Shown here: positions 24,083-36,852 of the stretch, in pieces
Layout of the letters: the number at the start of each line of letters is the position of its first letter
How positions within the stretch are numbered: the stretch's first letter is position 1
NCBI GenBank assembly: GCA_001949185.1
Contig: BDGG01000015.1
Location: 501,036-565,035 of the forward strand
Source of the DNA: Ramazzottius varieornatus
Taxonomy: Eukaryota > Animalia > Tardigrada
Direction of reading: 5' to 3'
DNA: 64,000 nucleotides
Program-made: the position numbers and the translations under genes
Notes under the pieces: model-generated
Database searches by the model: none
Told to the model about the DNA's origin: nothing
What the model saw: only the letters and a program-made list of their open reading frames with translations

Positions 24083-25868
24083 ATCAGTCAATCTCAAAAG
24101 CTGTCCAGCGATGTACACGCGCGCCCGGCCACCGGCTGGAAGCGGCTGTGCAGTGCTGCGATTGATTGGAGCATTTACCGCTTTCGGCCGCTGGCCGGAA
24201 GCACACCAGCCTTTTGCTTTCTTTTGCCTCGCACTGCAGCTCTCGCACCGCCTCAGCTGTGCCTGCATGTTTGCCACCGTCTGTTATTTGATCCAGCGCA
24301 GCCACCCATTCATCAGGTTTTGTTTCTTTTGTTGTACAGTATACTGTAGTCCAGTAACATAAAGCACACAAGGAAAGATATAGTCACATATACGGAAAGA
24401 TCAGATGTACACTGAAAAATCGTACTACGCTCTATCTTTCTAGAAGCGAAAACCCAAGCTTATTCATCCTACTGGACTTTCAGCGCGAGCCACAGCCAGG
24501 AAGGCCTCCTGAAAGAGGGCCCTGTGACTATCCTCGAAGAGGGCCTTGACTACACCGGCTCTTTCCACTGGTTTGCAAAGTGACCGATGGTGGCCTTCTT
24601 GAGAAGCCCAGCGGCCACCAGAACATAACGAATAGCCTCTGTCAGTAAATCCCTGCAGTCATAGTACGTGCACCGAACCATCAAGTCCAGCGTAGGTCTT
24701 GAAATATATCCGACAGGGCACATCGTCCAGTCTCACTTCCGTTCATCTTTAGACTCGAACATGGCAGGACAGACCGGCCATGCGCTTTCCCGTGAAGCCC
24801 GGTTAATGCGTTCTTCTTTCCCGTCGTACGAAGTTCTTCCTTTCCGGCGTCGCACTCCAACATGACGCGAAGGCGCTTCTGTAAATGATCGACTGAATGC
24901 TGTTCTGTCGCCCTAGCCCAACTCGGTTCTTTGTACAGTATGTCACTTCGGCGCACACTGTCAGGGTGTCGTCGATCAGGACAAACTTTGGCTTTGCTCC
25001 TCAAAAATCAGTGTGGCTGGAAACAATCTGCATCACCGAACCGTATGTGCGTCTTGTACAGAAGGACCCTCTTTGCATCCAGTAGGCTAGAAACAAACCC
25101 GACGTCTTAACGATCAATGATGACGATACTCATCTAACTTACCTTAGGGAGTTTTCAGAGGGAGTTTTTCTTTGGATATGCAGTGAGCTGTAGATTCGGC
25201 ACCAAGGCAGTCGTGAATCCTTTACGATAACGAGATGATCGGCGGTCGCCCCCTGGACACCCGACCACTCGGGATACGCCGGATATTCCAGGCCGAGGTG
25301 CCAATAACGATTCGCTCGGACTTTAGTGGAGAGGTACGAGTCTTCATGGGGGAGAGGTCGGAGATTGTCCAGTCGATCCCGAACTTGATCTCGCTGTCGA
25401 AAAAGACAACCGTGTGCCGCGGTGTGCGGCTTTGCTGATGACTGGTCCATGGCCCTTTGTTGTTCCTGCAACAGGAGCTGTGCCAATATCTACAGAAGAA
25501 AGCAGTTACAGAACATGAACAGAAGAACTTTTGTTTCTCATGAAAATCCCATCCAATACGCTCGACGAGGTCACCCTTGTATTCTAGACATGTAACATGT
25601 TCCACCCTCCTGGTCGCGGCCAAGAAGATCGGCTCCACCGTGTTTCCTTTATGGGCTGCTAACTGCCACAAGCAGCAACGCTTGTGTGACACTCCGGCAA
25701 GCCATCCAGACAAAACCTCTCACAAGCGCGCCGGGAGCCAGGATCAACTTCCCGTTTGGAACTTTGATTTTGTTTTTGTGTTTTGGAGTTTGGAATGGTC
25801 TACCTCCATCAAAAAGCGAAGTTCTGTTGTCGCGATTGGAGAGGAATGTGAGGGACACATCACGGAGC

Positions 25869-26634
25869 ATGAACGACAAATTCCAGGATCCTCACGTTCC
25901 CGGTGACTCTCCTCTAACCGAGCTACGCAGCCGCAGTCGTCCCAGAGCGGACGATAAGGAGCACTTCATCCAGGAGTCTTCCAGTCAAGGGGAATTTCTC
26001 GAAAGCCAAGTAAGTCTTTTCCCTTCTGACACATCTACCAGTAGCTCGGCGGCAGAGTTGATATACTAATCACCATCCTCCGTGTTGCAGTACAAGAGCT
26101 ATTTTTACGACAACCCCTCCATCAAAGCACCAAAAGCCTCCATCATCCGCGCAGTTGTCCTCCTCGTTATCGGGACAGTTTTGACCATCCTGGGCTCCCT
26201 TTTGCTTTCCGGATACTTCCGCAGCATCGTAAGTACTCACAAATCACTTGAAATTTTTCGTTAGGTGAAGGGACGAATTTTAGATGCCAGATGTACAGCG
26301 TACTTGCGAAAATGCACTGGAAAGAATTCATGCAGTGTAGTTATCTTGTTCGTCAGTGACGTCATAAAGGATCAGATTCTGAGTCAGCGCAGCCCGATGT
26401 GCTTGCAAGCTAGTGTTACGTCATACGCAGATTGATCGGGGTTGAGTTATGTTTTATGCGCGAGTTCATTGAGGCTTAGTTGTTTTCTTCCTGCAGTACG
26501 CTGATCGCACTTGGCCCGTTCTGACCATCGGGTTGATGTGCTTCATTCCTGGCTTCTACTACACCCGCATCGCTTACTACGCTTACAGGGGATATCCTGG
26601 GTTCTCCTACACCGATATCCCAGGTGAAGATTAG
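25869..26634 (+). CDS. TMEM230: TMEM230-like membrane protein (3 exons)
   Basis: Exons 25869-26009, 26091-26228, 26497-26634. P.K.I..A..L..IG..L...G.L...G...ADRTWP.L.IG...[23 protein letters not shown] signature. Confidence 0.88.
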
Positions 26635-26641
26635 AGCAGCG

Positions 26642-26947
26642 ATGGAGTCTGCTCCTGAACCGAAGATTTCCGCTGTAACTGCCAACTTCGTCAGCCACAT
26701 GGATCCAGCAACGCACAACCTTCAGCTGAACATTCCCGTTGCAAGCTCAGACTTAGCGGCTTTACTAGCGAGTATTCGGCAGATCAAAGAACAAGTTAAC
26801 AGTAAACTAACCACTGTCATTCAGCATAGCCAGGCCGAAACCTCGCACGCGGAAACGACGAACCAGCCTGTCGATGAAGATGACGACGACGAGGAGGAAG
26901 AAGACTACCTGGCAAAGTTAAATAGTTCTTTATCGCAAAGTGAGTAA
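26642..26947 (+). CDS. Small acidic protein, probable KEOPS subunit GON7-like
   Basis: 101 aa with N-terminal beta-like VTANFVS, amphipathic helix LAALLASIRQIKEQVNSKLTTVI and a DEDDDDEEEE tail. This matches GON7/C14orf142 architecture; recognised by eye, not searched. Confidence 0.55.
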   Translation: MESAPEPKISAVTANFVSHMDPATHNLQLNIPVASSDLAALLASIRQIKEQVNSKLTTVIQHSQAETSHAETTNQPVDEDDDDEEEEDYLAKLNSSLSQSE

Positions 26948-27025
26948 CTGTACAGTTTTTTGCTATCTTTGTTTTGTCGTGTATGCGATGGAATGTGCGA
27001 GAAATGTACGCTTCTGCAGTGCTTC

Positions 27026-27148
27026 TTGGAAGCTCGACAAACCAACTCAACCAGATCTGCTCTTCCAAGTGGCGCACGCTTTCAGTAAAATTAGCCGGCC
27101 TCGTGCGCCATCTGGGAAAACGATCTCGTTGAGTTTGTTGGGCGCCCT
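27026..27148. repeat. N25 palindromic element, 3' of the GON7-like ORF
   Basis: AAGTGGCGCAC-N25-GTGCGCCATCT at 27068. Confidence 0.88.
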
Positions 27149-27159
27149 GTTTGTTCGTA

Positions 27160-28062
27160 CACGCGCTACGAGATATTATGGGCCTGTAAAAATTACGGGC
27201 CAGGCGGAAAAGACGGCAAATTTACAATTTGTTGCCGCCGATACAGTGTGTGGCTCTTACGTAATGCTCGCAAAGCTTACTAATAAACCTTGCATGCGAC
27301 TTGATACCCCATGTTTCCCATGTCAAACCACTTCAGGTGGTCTAACATGGGATTTTTGGGCACGAGCTGTGGTTGCGGAGCTGGTTGTGTTCGTAGTTTG
27401 TGTTTGAACCCCTCTGTTGAGCTCTGCCCAGTGAAGGGCAAAGTACAACATTAGTGGAGATAAGCTTGTGAATGGAATGTGATTGAGGAGAAGCGAAAGT
27501 AGGTCACAAAAGAAGGAGATAAGGCTATATCATTGTATTCTGAGCCACAGGGAGTAATTCAATGGTTGAGAACTTGGGATACGCGCTGCCATCATCCCAG
27601 TTCCCGTTTTCTTCCCTATTAGCCTCCCTCGGCGGCAACAGTACCCGTTAGGGTGCCGCCCCGCGAACTGTATGGAAGTCAGAGACAGAAACCGGACAAC
27701 TGACGTGACGTGACGTAACGTAGTGAAATTCAGCCGTAGAAAAATGTCCTGGACAGTGGCCATCAGCTGTTCAGATGTCTACTCTAACGCTTTACCGCTG
27801 CTGTCGACTTTCTCCCGGAAAAGCCCTGGAATATGTTGAGCTGTTGAAGGTGTGCGTGTTCCGGTAAAATGGAGATCTAACTAGTAACTGCTATAACAAA
27901 TACGACAAGCTTTAGCTCCTCGGCCCAGTATCCAGCACGTACGTACAGAAGTCCAGCATTCGATGTTGGTTTTTACTTGTAGCAAGAATCACCTGCCCGT
28001 GCCGCCGTAGCGAAAGGGACTGGCCCGCAATTTTACGGGCCCATAATATCTCGTCGTTCGTG
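27160..28062. mobile_element. Non-autonomous TA-flanked DNA transposon (Tc1/mariner-type MITE)
   Basis: ~45-bp TIRs CACGcgctACGAGATATTATGGGCC.GTAAAA.T.CGGGCCAG and its reverse complement. TA on both sides (27158-59, 28063-64). No transposase ORF. Confidence 0.8.
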
Positions 28063-28452
28063 TACTGTACTTCGTAGTACCAATCAACAACAACATCAGG
28101 GAATTTTAGGCCTTCCAGCCTTTCTTGCTGCTAATCAAATTATACTGACGAAGCTTCTTCTTGAATTGATCATCCGTGATGTAATATTCACGAATCATGA
28201 TGAGGTTTCAATCGATGTCTTCCGTTAGTACGAGCATATCTTATCGCAGATGTTATTGTTCTCTTTGCCAAGCCGGAAGTTCTATGTTCCTGGTGTTGGA
28301 CCATTGTCGATACGTTTCTTCTCCATGCGAGACAGCAATAACTTTTCATCACAGTCAGTAGACAGAATCTCGGGTTACAAAAGTGGCAGCAATCTGGCCA
28401 TCCGTGTGGTATTCAAGTAGTTAGTCTTCTTTGATTGGTGATCAATGCCAAA

Positions 28453-30110
28453 ATGTCCTTCTTCACATTCTGCCTTTCAGTGGCTCTGCTACTATTGCAA
28501 ACAACCCAGTCTCAAGTGGCATTTCAGGCAGTTACTCATTTCGACAAGCCTGTCCTTCATAGCATCGACCCAGCTTCCTTGCCGCCTCCTTTTGCCACGG
28601 AAAGCCGAGATCGGGAAGCTCGCGTGGTTCCACTACCGGCTGATGTTCCGCTGACTGCTCCTAAAGGATTCAGAGTCAACGTTTTCTCTGGTCATGACGA
28701 ACCCGAAATTTATGGAGCACCTCGACAGATGGTCCTGGCTCCGAACGGAGACATCTTCCTGACGGATATGATGAGGGACCAGATACACGTTCTGCGGGAC
28801 ACTAACAAGGACGGGGTAGCAGACCAGCGCTTCTTGTTCGCATCGTACGGGTTGGAGGCGCCATTCGGCTTGGCTTTCAATGGAAACTACCTCTACGTGG
28901 GAAATGTTGATGAGGTTGTCCGCTTCAGTTACAAACCCGGCCAAGTGACAGCTAGCGGTCCCCCAGAGTTTGTCGTCAAGTTGACTAACGAAACAAGAAG
29001 TAAGCTGGGAGCAACGCGAGCGAACTCGACAAGATCGTTTATCTGAGTGGTTCATGATTTCAGCCAAAGACTGCGGGAACGTGCGCCACTTTAAAAAAAA
29101 CTATCAAACACGACACTGCCGTTTGTTTCAAGTGGCGCAAGCGTGCAGCGAACGAGCCCGACGACGTGGACCATTTGGGACAAAAGTCTTGTCGAGCTCG
29201 CAATATTTCATTTATCAAGCTTAGACACGACATTGTATATGCTGTAATTTGACATGATTCGTTTTCAGACTTTGGACACACAACCCGCAACATAGTGTTC
29301 TCTCAAGACGGTACCAAATTTTATGTTTCCGTCGGTTCTTCTGGAAATGTGGATATCGAGACCAATCCAATTAGGGCCGGCATCAGCGTTTACAACGCCG
29401 ATGGAAGCAACCACGCCGTCTATGCGTCCGGCATACGTAATCCAGTGGGCTTGGCCTTCAACCCCACGACAGGCCTCCTTTGGGCCGCAGTAAACGAACG
29501 CGACGAACTGGGAGAGGACCTGGTCCCCGACTTTGTAACGTCAGTGCGCCAAGGTGGCTTCTACGGCTTTCCTTATTCGTACCTCGGACAGAACGTCGAT
29601 CCTCGCATCCCAGCAAACGAAAGCAGACCTGACCTCGTGGAAAAGGCCCTTGTGCCAGACGTTCTTTTAACGTCGCATTCAGCGGCGCTTGGTCTGGCTT
29701 TCTACACCGGAGCCATGTTCCCGGAAGAGTACAAAGGCGATGCCTTCGTGGCGCTTCACGGTTCGTGGAACAGGTGGAACATGACTGGCTACAAGATCAT
29801 CCGCATCAAGTTTGCAAGTGATGGAAAGCCGATCAGGAACGAGTATATGGACTTCCTAACCGGATGGCTGCCACACTGGGACAGTTCGCAAGTCTATGGC
29901 CGACCTGTCGGCATCCTGGTCAACACGGATGGGTCATTGTTAATCAGCGATGATGGAGCGAGGAAAATATGGCGGCTTAGTTACGTGAAGGACAACACGC
30001 AAACTTCAACACCCAGTAGCGGTGTGAAGTCCGCTCTAGTCAGTGGACTGTGTTCGATGCTACTGCTGGTGGTGGGATCGCTGATATTACGGACTTGGTC
30101 TTTGAACTGA
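28453..30110 (+). CDS. PQQ-dependent glucose/L-sorbosone dehydrogenase family beta-propeller, secreted and probably GPI/TM-anchored
   Basis: Exons 28453-28999 and 29269-30110 join in frame (..ETR/NFGHTTRNIVFSQDG). Motifs PKGFRVNVF, PR.M..APNGD, YVSVGS..N, SGIRNPVGL, VNERD.LG.DLVPD, GGFYGFPY, HSAALGL.FY, ALHGSWNR, GRPVG...DGSLL.SDD. Confidence 0.9.
29006..29201. repeat. N25 palindromic element, 2 units (dehydrogenase intron)
   Basis: TGGGAGC...AACTCGACAAGATCG; cores at ~29044 and ~29129; ends TCTTGTCGAGCTC. Confidence 0.82.
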
Positions 30111-30390
30111 AAGCGAGCTGTGTGTTAGGAATCCTCGCTGACGCTTTACAAACTCTCTATACAAAAACAATTTTCCAACAAAACGATACTTGCCGCGCAT
30201 TGTTACACCAGATATAATGTTTGGGAATACCTAGTACGAGCAGTTAGCCAATCATCGTAGGAACTGATACCGTGCAAGCATTAAATTAGGAGGCTTTCCC
30301 TCAGCTGATAATTTGAAGAAAATTTGACAGTTTTTGGGTTACTGTAGTTGATACAAAAGAAAAGTTGAGAAGATGGTTGTACAGTAGTCC

Positions 30391-32167
30391 TCAGCATTGC
30401 TTGAGGTCTTCGCAAGACCGGCTGGTGGCAGCTTCTTCCATTGCCGTCGACAGCTGTACTTCCGCATCGGCTATTCGCGTCTCCAAAAAGGTGGCTATGG
30501 AAGGCCTGTAACGTGCACAAAGACATTCAGTAAAAATATCCATGAATTGTGGTGGACATGCTGAAGGACACATCCTACCTTATAGCTTGCAGCACCTTTA
30601 GGCCCGGATCGAAGTGGCCTCCATCTCGTAGCAGCTCTTTTGCCGCCTGACAAAAGTACTGCTTGAGGCAGGCACTATCCTTGATTTTCATACTACAGCT
30701 AACGGCGGTCATGATGACAGCCAACGCCTTGCTTGAATTACGTTCGGCACTTTGCGACGTGTTGTCGGCGCTAACCAGTAATTCAAAAGCGTCGACGAGG
30801 AAGCGCTCAAAGTCTTTCTCGCTTTTGACTAGACTGCCCTTCTGGTTCAACCTGGTCACCATCTTGGTCCAATGTTTCTTGTCATGTTTCGGAAGCGCTG
30901 CCAGCGTTCCATCGACCACCGGCAGTAACGGTGAATCGTCAATGATGTCGATGATGGGCGACTCGATGGTTACCGAAGCTGCGTTGACGTCGCTCAACGG
31001 CGGTCCCACTTGGACCATAACCGTCGTCACCGTCGTGTTGCTATTGAGCGTCTTCCTACTGGGTCCTTCTTCCAGCAATGGACCAAACATTCTGGCAAAG
31101 ATGACACCGGACGGTATTGCGAAGCCTCCACCACGAGGCGAGGGTCGGGCTAGCGGGAACCTCATGGGCATATTGACAAAGGCCGGTGGAATGAAGCCCA
31201 TGATGGGCGTGTTGATCAGCATGGGCGAGCCGCGCGGCACATGGTGAGCGCGGCTGTTGAAGGACGTTGCCGGGTTGGATGACGGTACTGCCGGCTGGGG
31301 TCGATCGCGTGGCCGTTCAGGGTTACGAGGACTGGGCTCGGAGGGGGAGGAGCCGGGAGAAAAGGCGTAGGGGTTCATGAAGGGCTGCGAGTTGACGTTG
31401 GTGCTGTAGGGACCGAGGCCGTCCATGCCGTTAATGCTATTGTACAGCGGGTAGTTGTTGCTGCCGGAAGGCAGCATGCCTGGCGAGCTGCTGCCTACGC
31501 TGTAAGGAAGTATGTCCGGCTGCAGGGAGTTCACGCCCCCACCTCCCATTCCCACACCTACGCAGGGCAAAAGTCACTTTAAATCGATTGTCTTGTTTTT
31601 ATGCCCAAAATGGTCAAATGTAAACGGAAACTGACAATGGGGGAAAATAAATCATCGAGTTTTTCAAAGTCACTGTTAGTTTGCCATGTTTAGCTCAATT
31701 AAACGCAGCTGCAATCCGGCATACGATGAGCGAGAAGGTTCTGCCTCTTTGCTACGAATTACGTTAGTGATATTACAGACAAAGCTAATAAAGTATATAT
31801 GTTGGATATTAGTTATGGCAAAGAATAGTCGACTATTCAAACGTAAGGTTTTGCCGGTATGACCAACCATAGACTGACACTTACAGTATTGATAGTAATA
31901 ATAGAGGTAGGGATAGGTGCACAGCGAAGAAAATCCATTGTTCATCATGCTGGATCCCACACTGGGCAGGAAGCCGGAAGCTTGGAACATGGCGGCCAGG
32001 AAGGTGGGATCAAAGACACCCTCTCGTTCGGCGTGGGCCTCATTCATGGGCGGCATGCCCCCTCGCATAGCCTGCCTCCGATGGCGAAGTCCCTTGGGTA
32101 TGGGCACCTCACTGGCACCATCCCCACAAAGCAGCCCAACTAGCAGCAACAAGAATAAATCTTCCAT
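30391..32167 (-). CDS. Unknown secreted protein (3 exons), low-complexity N-half, Cys-containing helical C-terminus
   Basis: Exons approx 32167-31882, 31558-30578, 30506-30391 with GT-AG borders. Signal peptide MEDLFLLLLVGLLCGDGA, RHRR furin-like site, C-terminal ACLKQYFCQ. Confidence 0.6.
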
Positions 32168-33091
32168 GTCTTTGGAAGCCGACTGCTGTCTAACTCAACA
32201 GCGATGTAAAAGAAAAGTGCTACAGTTACCGTTCACCGTCCTTGATCGTGCGTTCGTGCGTGTCGAGGTCTGTAAAGTAATCCGTGGCCGACAAAAAAGT
32301 GTTTGATACTGTCGCGACAATGTACATCCGATTGGCGGTTGATGCACTGTTGTTGTAACTCTTCATGCTTGCCTGAATATGACAGGCGTACGCTTGCATG
32401 GTTTCCGGTGCTGCACAGCATCACTCTTGATTTGCACTGCATCCTCTGGACGGATAATAAAAGGCCTGAAAAGCCTGTTTACCACAATTGAAAAACTTTA
32501 AAATAGAAACGAAAACAGAAGCCATCTTCAGCGCGCTTCTCACTTCGAACTGCGCTTGACCATGAGACAAGTGGTGTCTTCCATAGAAATCGAGGTATGA
32601 CTCCCATATCCACCATTGCACACTACCATCATTTCTATTCTAATGGATCATAAAGCCTAGAAAGCCTGTCGTTGATGCGGCCACGGAAACTTGGGAAAGT
32701 CTATCATGCCGAAGTGTCGGAAATTACAAGTGTGATAAACTTGATACGGAAGTCAAGGTTTCGATTATGCATGATTACATCATTCAGTGGTCAGGAAATG
32801 GTCTTCGCTTTCACTTTGAAGTAAGACGAGATTTCAGTTTGTGGATGTATAAAAAATCATACAGCAACGTATCGATACTCAGTCGAACAAAAAGAGCGCA
32901 CACGTTCTGTCCTTTTGAAAAATAAGCACTACGCGGTCCATAAAAGGTGAAAAAACACTTTCTGTAAAAACGACGTCACACGATATAATTTACACAACTT
33001 CGAAAAAATATTCGGGGAAATTTGTGTCGATGGACCACGTTGGTACAAGTTTCAAGAATCTTTCAATCAACAAGATAACAAAGTGAGAGGC

Positions 33092-35662
33092 TCAAATACC
33101 ATCACGCGCCAGCTGGTCTCGGCGTTCCTTCAGCTTTTCCTTCTCTCCTTCAAAGAACTGCCGAATTTGTTCAGCAGTGACCGCCTCGCCACGGTCGTTG
33201 ATTTCCCGCATGAACGACGACAGGTTGCTCTGCATCGACAGCACGCCTGGAAAACTCCCACATCAGTATTCTCCAGCCTATTCTTCGAGCCGTCGGATCG
33301 AAGTCTCAAAGGTTAGAGAACCATCAAGCAATCTTCACTTTAATCAAGGCAACTTACTTGAGGCGAATTCAATCTGCTGGAAGCGGCCCATTCCGCTCAT
33401 CACTTCCTGCATAGCAGTGCCCGATTCCCGTTCTTTCCTCTTTGCCTCAGCGGCTTTCTCTCGGCCCTTCTCCTCGTAGAACTCTACCGACTCTTCATAG
33501 TCCAGCAGAAACTCTACCTTCTGCGCCGCATACATTTCCTAGAGGGAATCGAAAGCAAAGTTTTATCGGACCCAAATACTTGTTATATCTTTCGTCTTCT
33601 TTCAGGCGTGCAAATAATTTCCGCAAATATCGAAACACTTCACAAAAAGTCCTAATCAATGGACTTCTCACCTTGCAGTCTTCACAACGACAAATTTCTT
33701 TGTACCAGTCCATCGGCGTCCAACCAGCGCTTTCAACCGGTGGAAGTTCGGGGAATTTCTGCTGCAGGAATTTCAAGGCACATCCATCCACTTTACATGC
33801 CTGCAAAACACAATCAAAGTGATAATCACACTCATCAGCAGGACTTTAGGGCTTAGTACCAAATATGTAACCTCGGCAAACAAAGGCGACAAAACCATTT
33901 TTCCCACGGCGCACGTTATAACCACTACTGGCTGGAAGGATGCGCCACTTGGAAAAAACCATCTTGTTCAGTGTGACTGCTTGCCCGAGTGGCGCACGCT
34001 CTCAGTAATATCAACAGACAGCGTGCGCCACTTGAAAAAACGATCTTGTCAGTTGGATTACCGAGCTCTCCTGCCAAGGCTATCATGATCATCTAACATG
34101 GACAAGAAAGGTATACTTACGTTAGCTTCGGCGTCGAACTCAAAGTCCAAGTCGCCTTCTTCCGCTACGTAGTACTGGGTGAATGGGTGCTTCACAAGGC
34201 AGGCTTGGCAGACGAGCGACTGTGGAATGGCCAGACATTCTTCCAGGTCGCTGGTGTCCTTCAGAACGTGCTCCATGTGGAACCAGTCTTCACAAAATGT
34301 ACACTGAACTTGTACCAACTGCTCTTGTCGAGCAGGATCCGGATATGGACGATTACAGACGCAATACTCGTTCATGAAATTCTACAACCGAACAAAACAT
34401 TCAATATTCTAAGCTAATACGTCCATAAATCATTCGATATTCTTACGTGGGTGTACTGGTTCTTCTCGTTCAAGACATCCTTCTCCGGGGCAAGTTTGCA
34501 CGCCAGACCAGAGAACTTGGAGTTACCACAATCACAGCGGAAATTCCTGAAAATGAACAGGACTTATTCCCCGTTTGAAATTCCTATACAATATATACCT
34601 TCCAAGCTTTTCGTTTACTTGCCTTTTCGTATACAGCTCTACGAACTCGTGACCATCATGGCAGTTATAGGTACAAGCCAGACCTACCAAAGAGAAATAG
34701 AAGGAATTGTGAAACGAACAAGAGCAGTTAATTTTGATGGTCATAAAACAAATACTGGGCAAGACTGTTTGTCGAAGTGACGCCCGCTCTCATCCAACTA
34801 CACTGAGAAGTGCGCGACTTGGACGAAACACGAGACGTTGTTCAGTATCTTCCCCAAGTGGCGCACGCTTCCGGCCACTCGCACTGGAAAAGTGCGCCAC
34901 TTGAAAGAGCAATGTTGAAGTTGACTTACAAATGCCTGCCATTTCCTTGCTTTTGTCGTAACAAGTTACGCAAGAGTACAACGCTTGTCGCTTCAAGTAT
35001 CCCTGGAAAACCAAAAGCCTTGGAAAACGTGTTAGCAGGATGAAGAGAACAGAACTTACCTTGGAGTAGCTGCATTCTTTATCGTCGCAGTCGCCCAGCA
35101 CCGCCGCCACATCTTCTTCGTCATCCTCGCTGTAGTTGAACCTTTCCTGCAGCTGTCGTGCGATCACCGCGTCCATGATAGACTGCGCCTCACTGACATC
35201 TTGGACCACCCGGTCAGGATCCAACTCTTCCACAATTTTTGGGGAGAAGGCATCGGGGAACGGATCCATCTCAGCAGCTGATCGCTCGACAGGCTTGGCT
35301 AGCGTGGTGGGACCCTTGATTGACTGCACAGCAACATCACTTGATTGATCGAGAATGGAATCAGCTGGGACACTCTCGCTTCTAGTCTCAGCAAGCTGTT
35401 CCCGGACGACTTCACCGTTGACTGTCTCGACGGAATGAGTAGTGACGATCTTCAGCTCCTTGGCTCGTGGAGGTGTTCGACTATCTTCCTCCAGACGACG
35501 CTTCAAGCCCTGAGGAATGTCAGCCTGGCCATTGAGTGCTGAGTCGGATTCATTCAGCTTGACGCCGTCGGTTTGCTCCATGTCCCGTCCAGCCGGATGC
35601 CGTTTGCCCAGAAGCTGCTGGTCCTGTTCTGGAACTGCGGACTCGGTCGATGGGTCCTTTTT
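33092..35662 (-). CDS. UBR7: UBR7 E3 ubiquitin ligase (UBR box + PHD); start uncertain
   Basis: AVLG..D...CSYSKGY.KRQALYSC.TC...AGICLAC...CHDGHE.VELYTKRNFRCDCGNSKF, then YC.CNRPYPDP...QC..CEDWFH..H, W...ICRC..C, and C-terminal V...IRQFFE. Confidence 0.93.
33866..34070. repeat. N25 palindromic element, 2 units (UBR7 intron)
   Basis: Cores at ~33905 and ~33987. Confidence 0.88.
34755..34925. repeat. N25 palindromic element, 2 units (UBR7 intron)
   Basis: Cores at ~34776 and 34856. Confidence 0.85.
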
Positions 35663-36852
35663 CTGAAACAACAATAGTTTGGGAGTTCAATCCTCAAGCA
35701 GGTCGTTTTCCCGCTCGCTTCATCAAAGGAAAATGCCAATTGCCAAAATAAACGCGCTGATGGTCTTGTGGTGGCAGGCGCCTCAATCAATTTGATGGGT
35801 TGCCCGACCCCCTCGCTATGTCAGCTGACCAGTGAGCACCGTGGACCTGAGATGACCCTGCGATTTGGACCACCTCCCGCTAAGCCAGTCTGCTCCCGAC
35901 AGCCATGTTGAAAGCTGCAGAAATCGTCCGCCACAGTTTTTGTGCTTCAGTGCAATTTCTTGATAATCCTTCCCGTTCTTCGCAAAGTTTTACCCTCGAA
36001 GCCTTCTATCCGCTCGTTTTTACAGGTAAGAATGTAAGTTCTCGATCTTGATAAAGAAGCTGGTGGTTGATCATCTGATACCAGTAAAGAAGTTCGGTGA
36101 TAATTGTTTTCACCCTGAATTCATCAGACTTTCTTCCGTCTTCCAGACAAGGATACAGAGTCCAGACCGTTCGCTGCTTCGGTTTCTTCCAGTCTCTCAC
36201 CTTCTGCACGGTAAGTGAAAATCATACTGACTTATCTCAAGTTGCCTGTGATCATGTAAAATTTGCTCATGTTTTGGTTTATGGAATATCGTTGCCGCCG
36301 TTTGTGACTCATAAAGAGGCAAGGTTGATTTTTCTGGTTACATCTCTGTCATGTCTGTCTCTTCTTTTTTCAGGCTTATTCCTTCAAGATAGCCTCATCA
36401 GCCATCTTCCGGTCATTAGCTTCTTCCAGAAAATCAGCTCCAAGTGAGTGAAAACCGATAATCTAAAAGATGGCGCAGTAGTTGCTTGCCTCTTATCGCC
36501 GTTTCCGCCGTGGTTCGGTGCCGGTTGCGTAACACCATGGCGGACGTTCTGTGACGTCCTCCACCATGTGACGTTGCCTGTAACGTCAACTTCGGTTGAT
36601 TTCGAGCTCATGATTGAGGTTGATTGATGGTGCTGTCTCTGCTCTCAGTACGGAAGTAACGCTTGATTGTTCTTTGATTTCAGGAATGGATCCTTTGATG
36701 AACTTGAACGCTGCTGACAACGTCGCCTTCCGCCAACGTTATTCTTTCAACTGTATGGAGTTGTTCCCTCGACCAGCTCTGGCCACTGATTTGTAAGCGT
36801 TTCTCTCCAGGCTTTCCTACTTTGCCACCGTGCTCCAGCCTAAATCCCTGAT

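Noticed and set aside
28453-30110. Bacterial contamination
   Set aside because: Has an in-frame GT-AG intron containing the host repeat family and is contiguous with animal genes.
30663-31247. 194-aa plus-strand ORF with hydrophobic stretches
   Set aside because: Antisense shadow of the spliced minus-strand gene.
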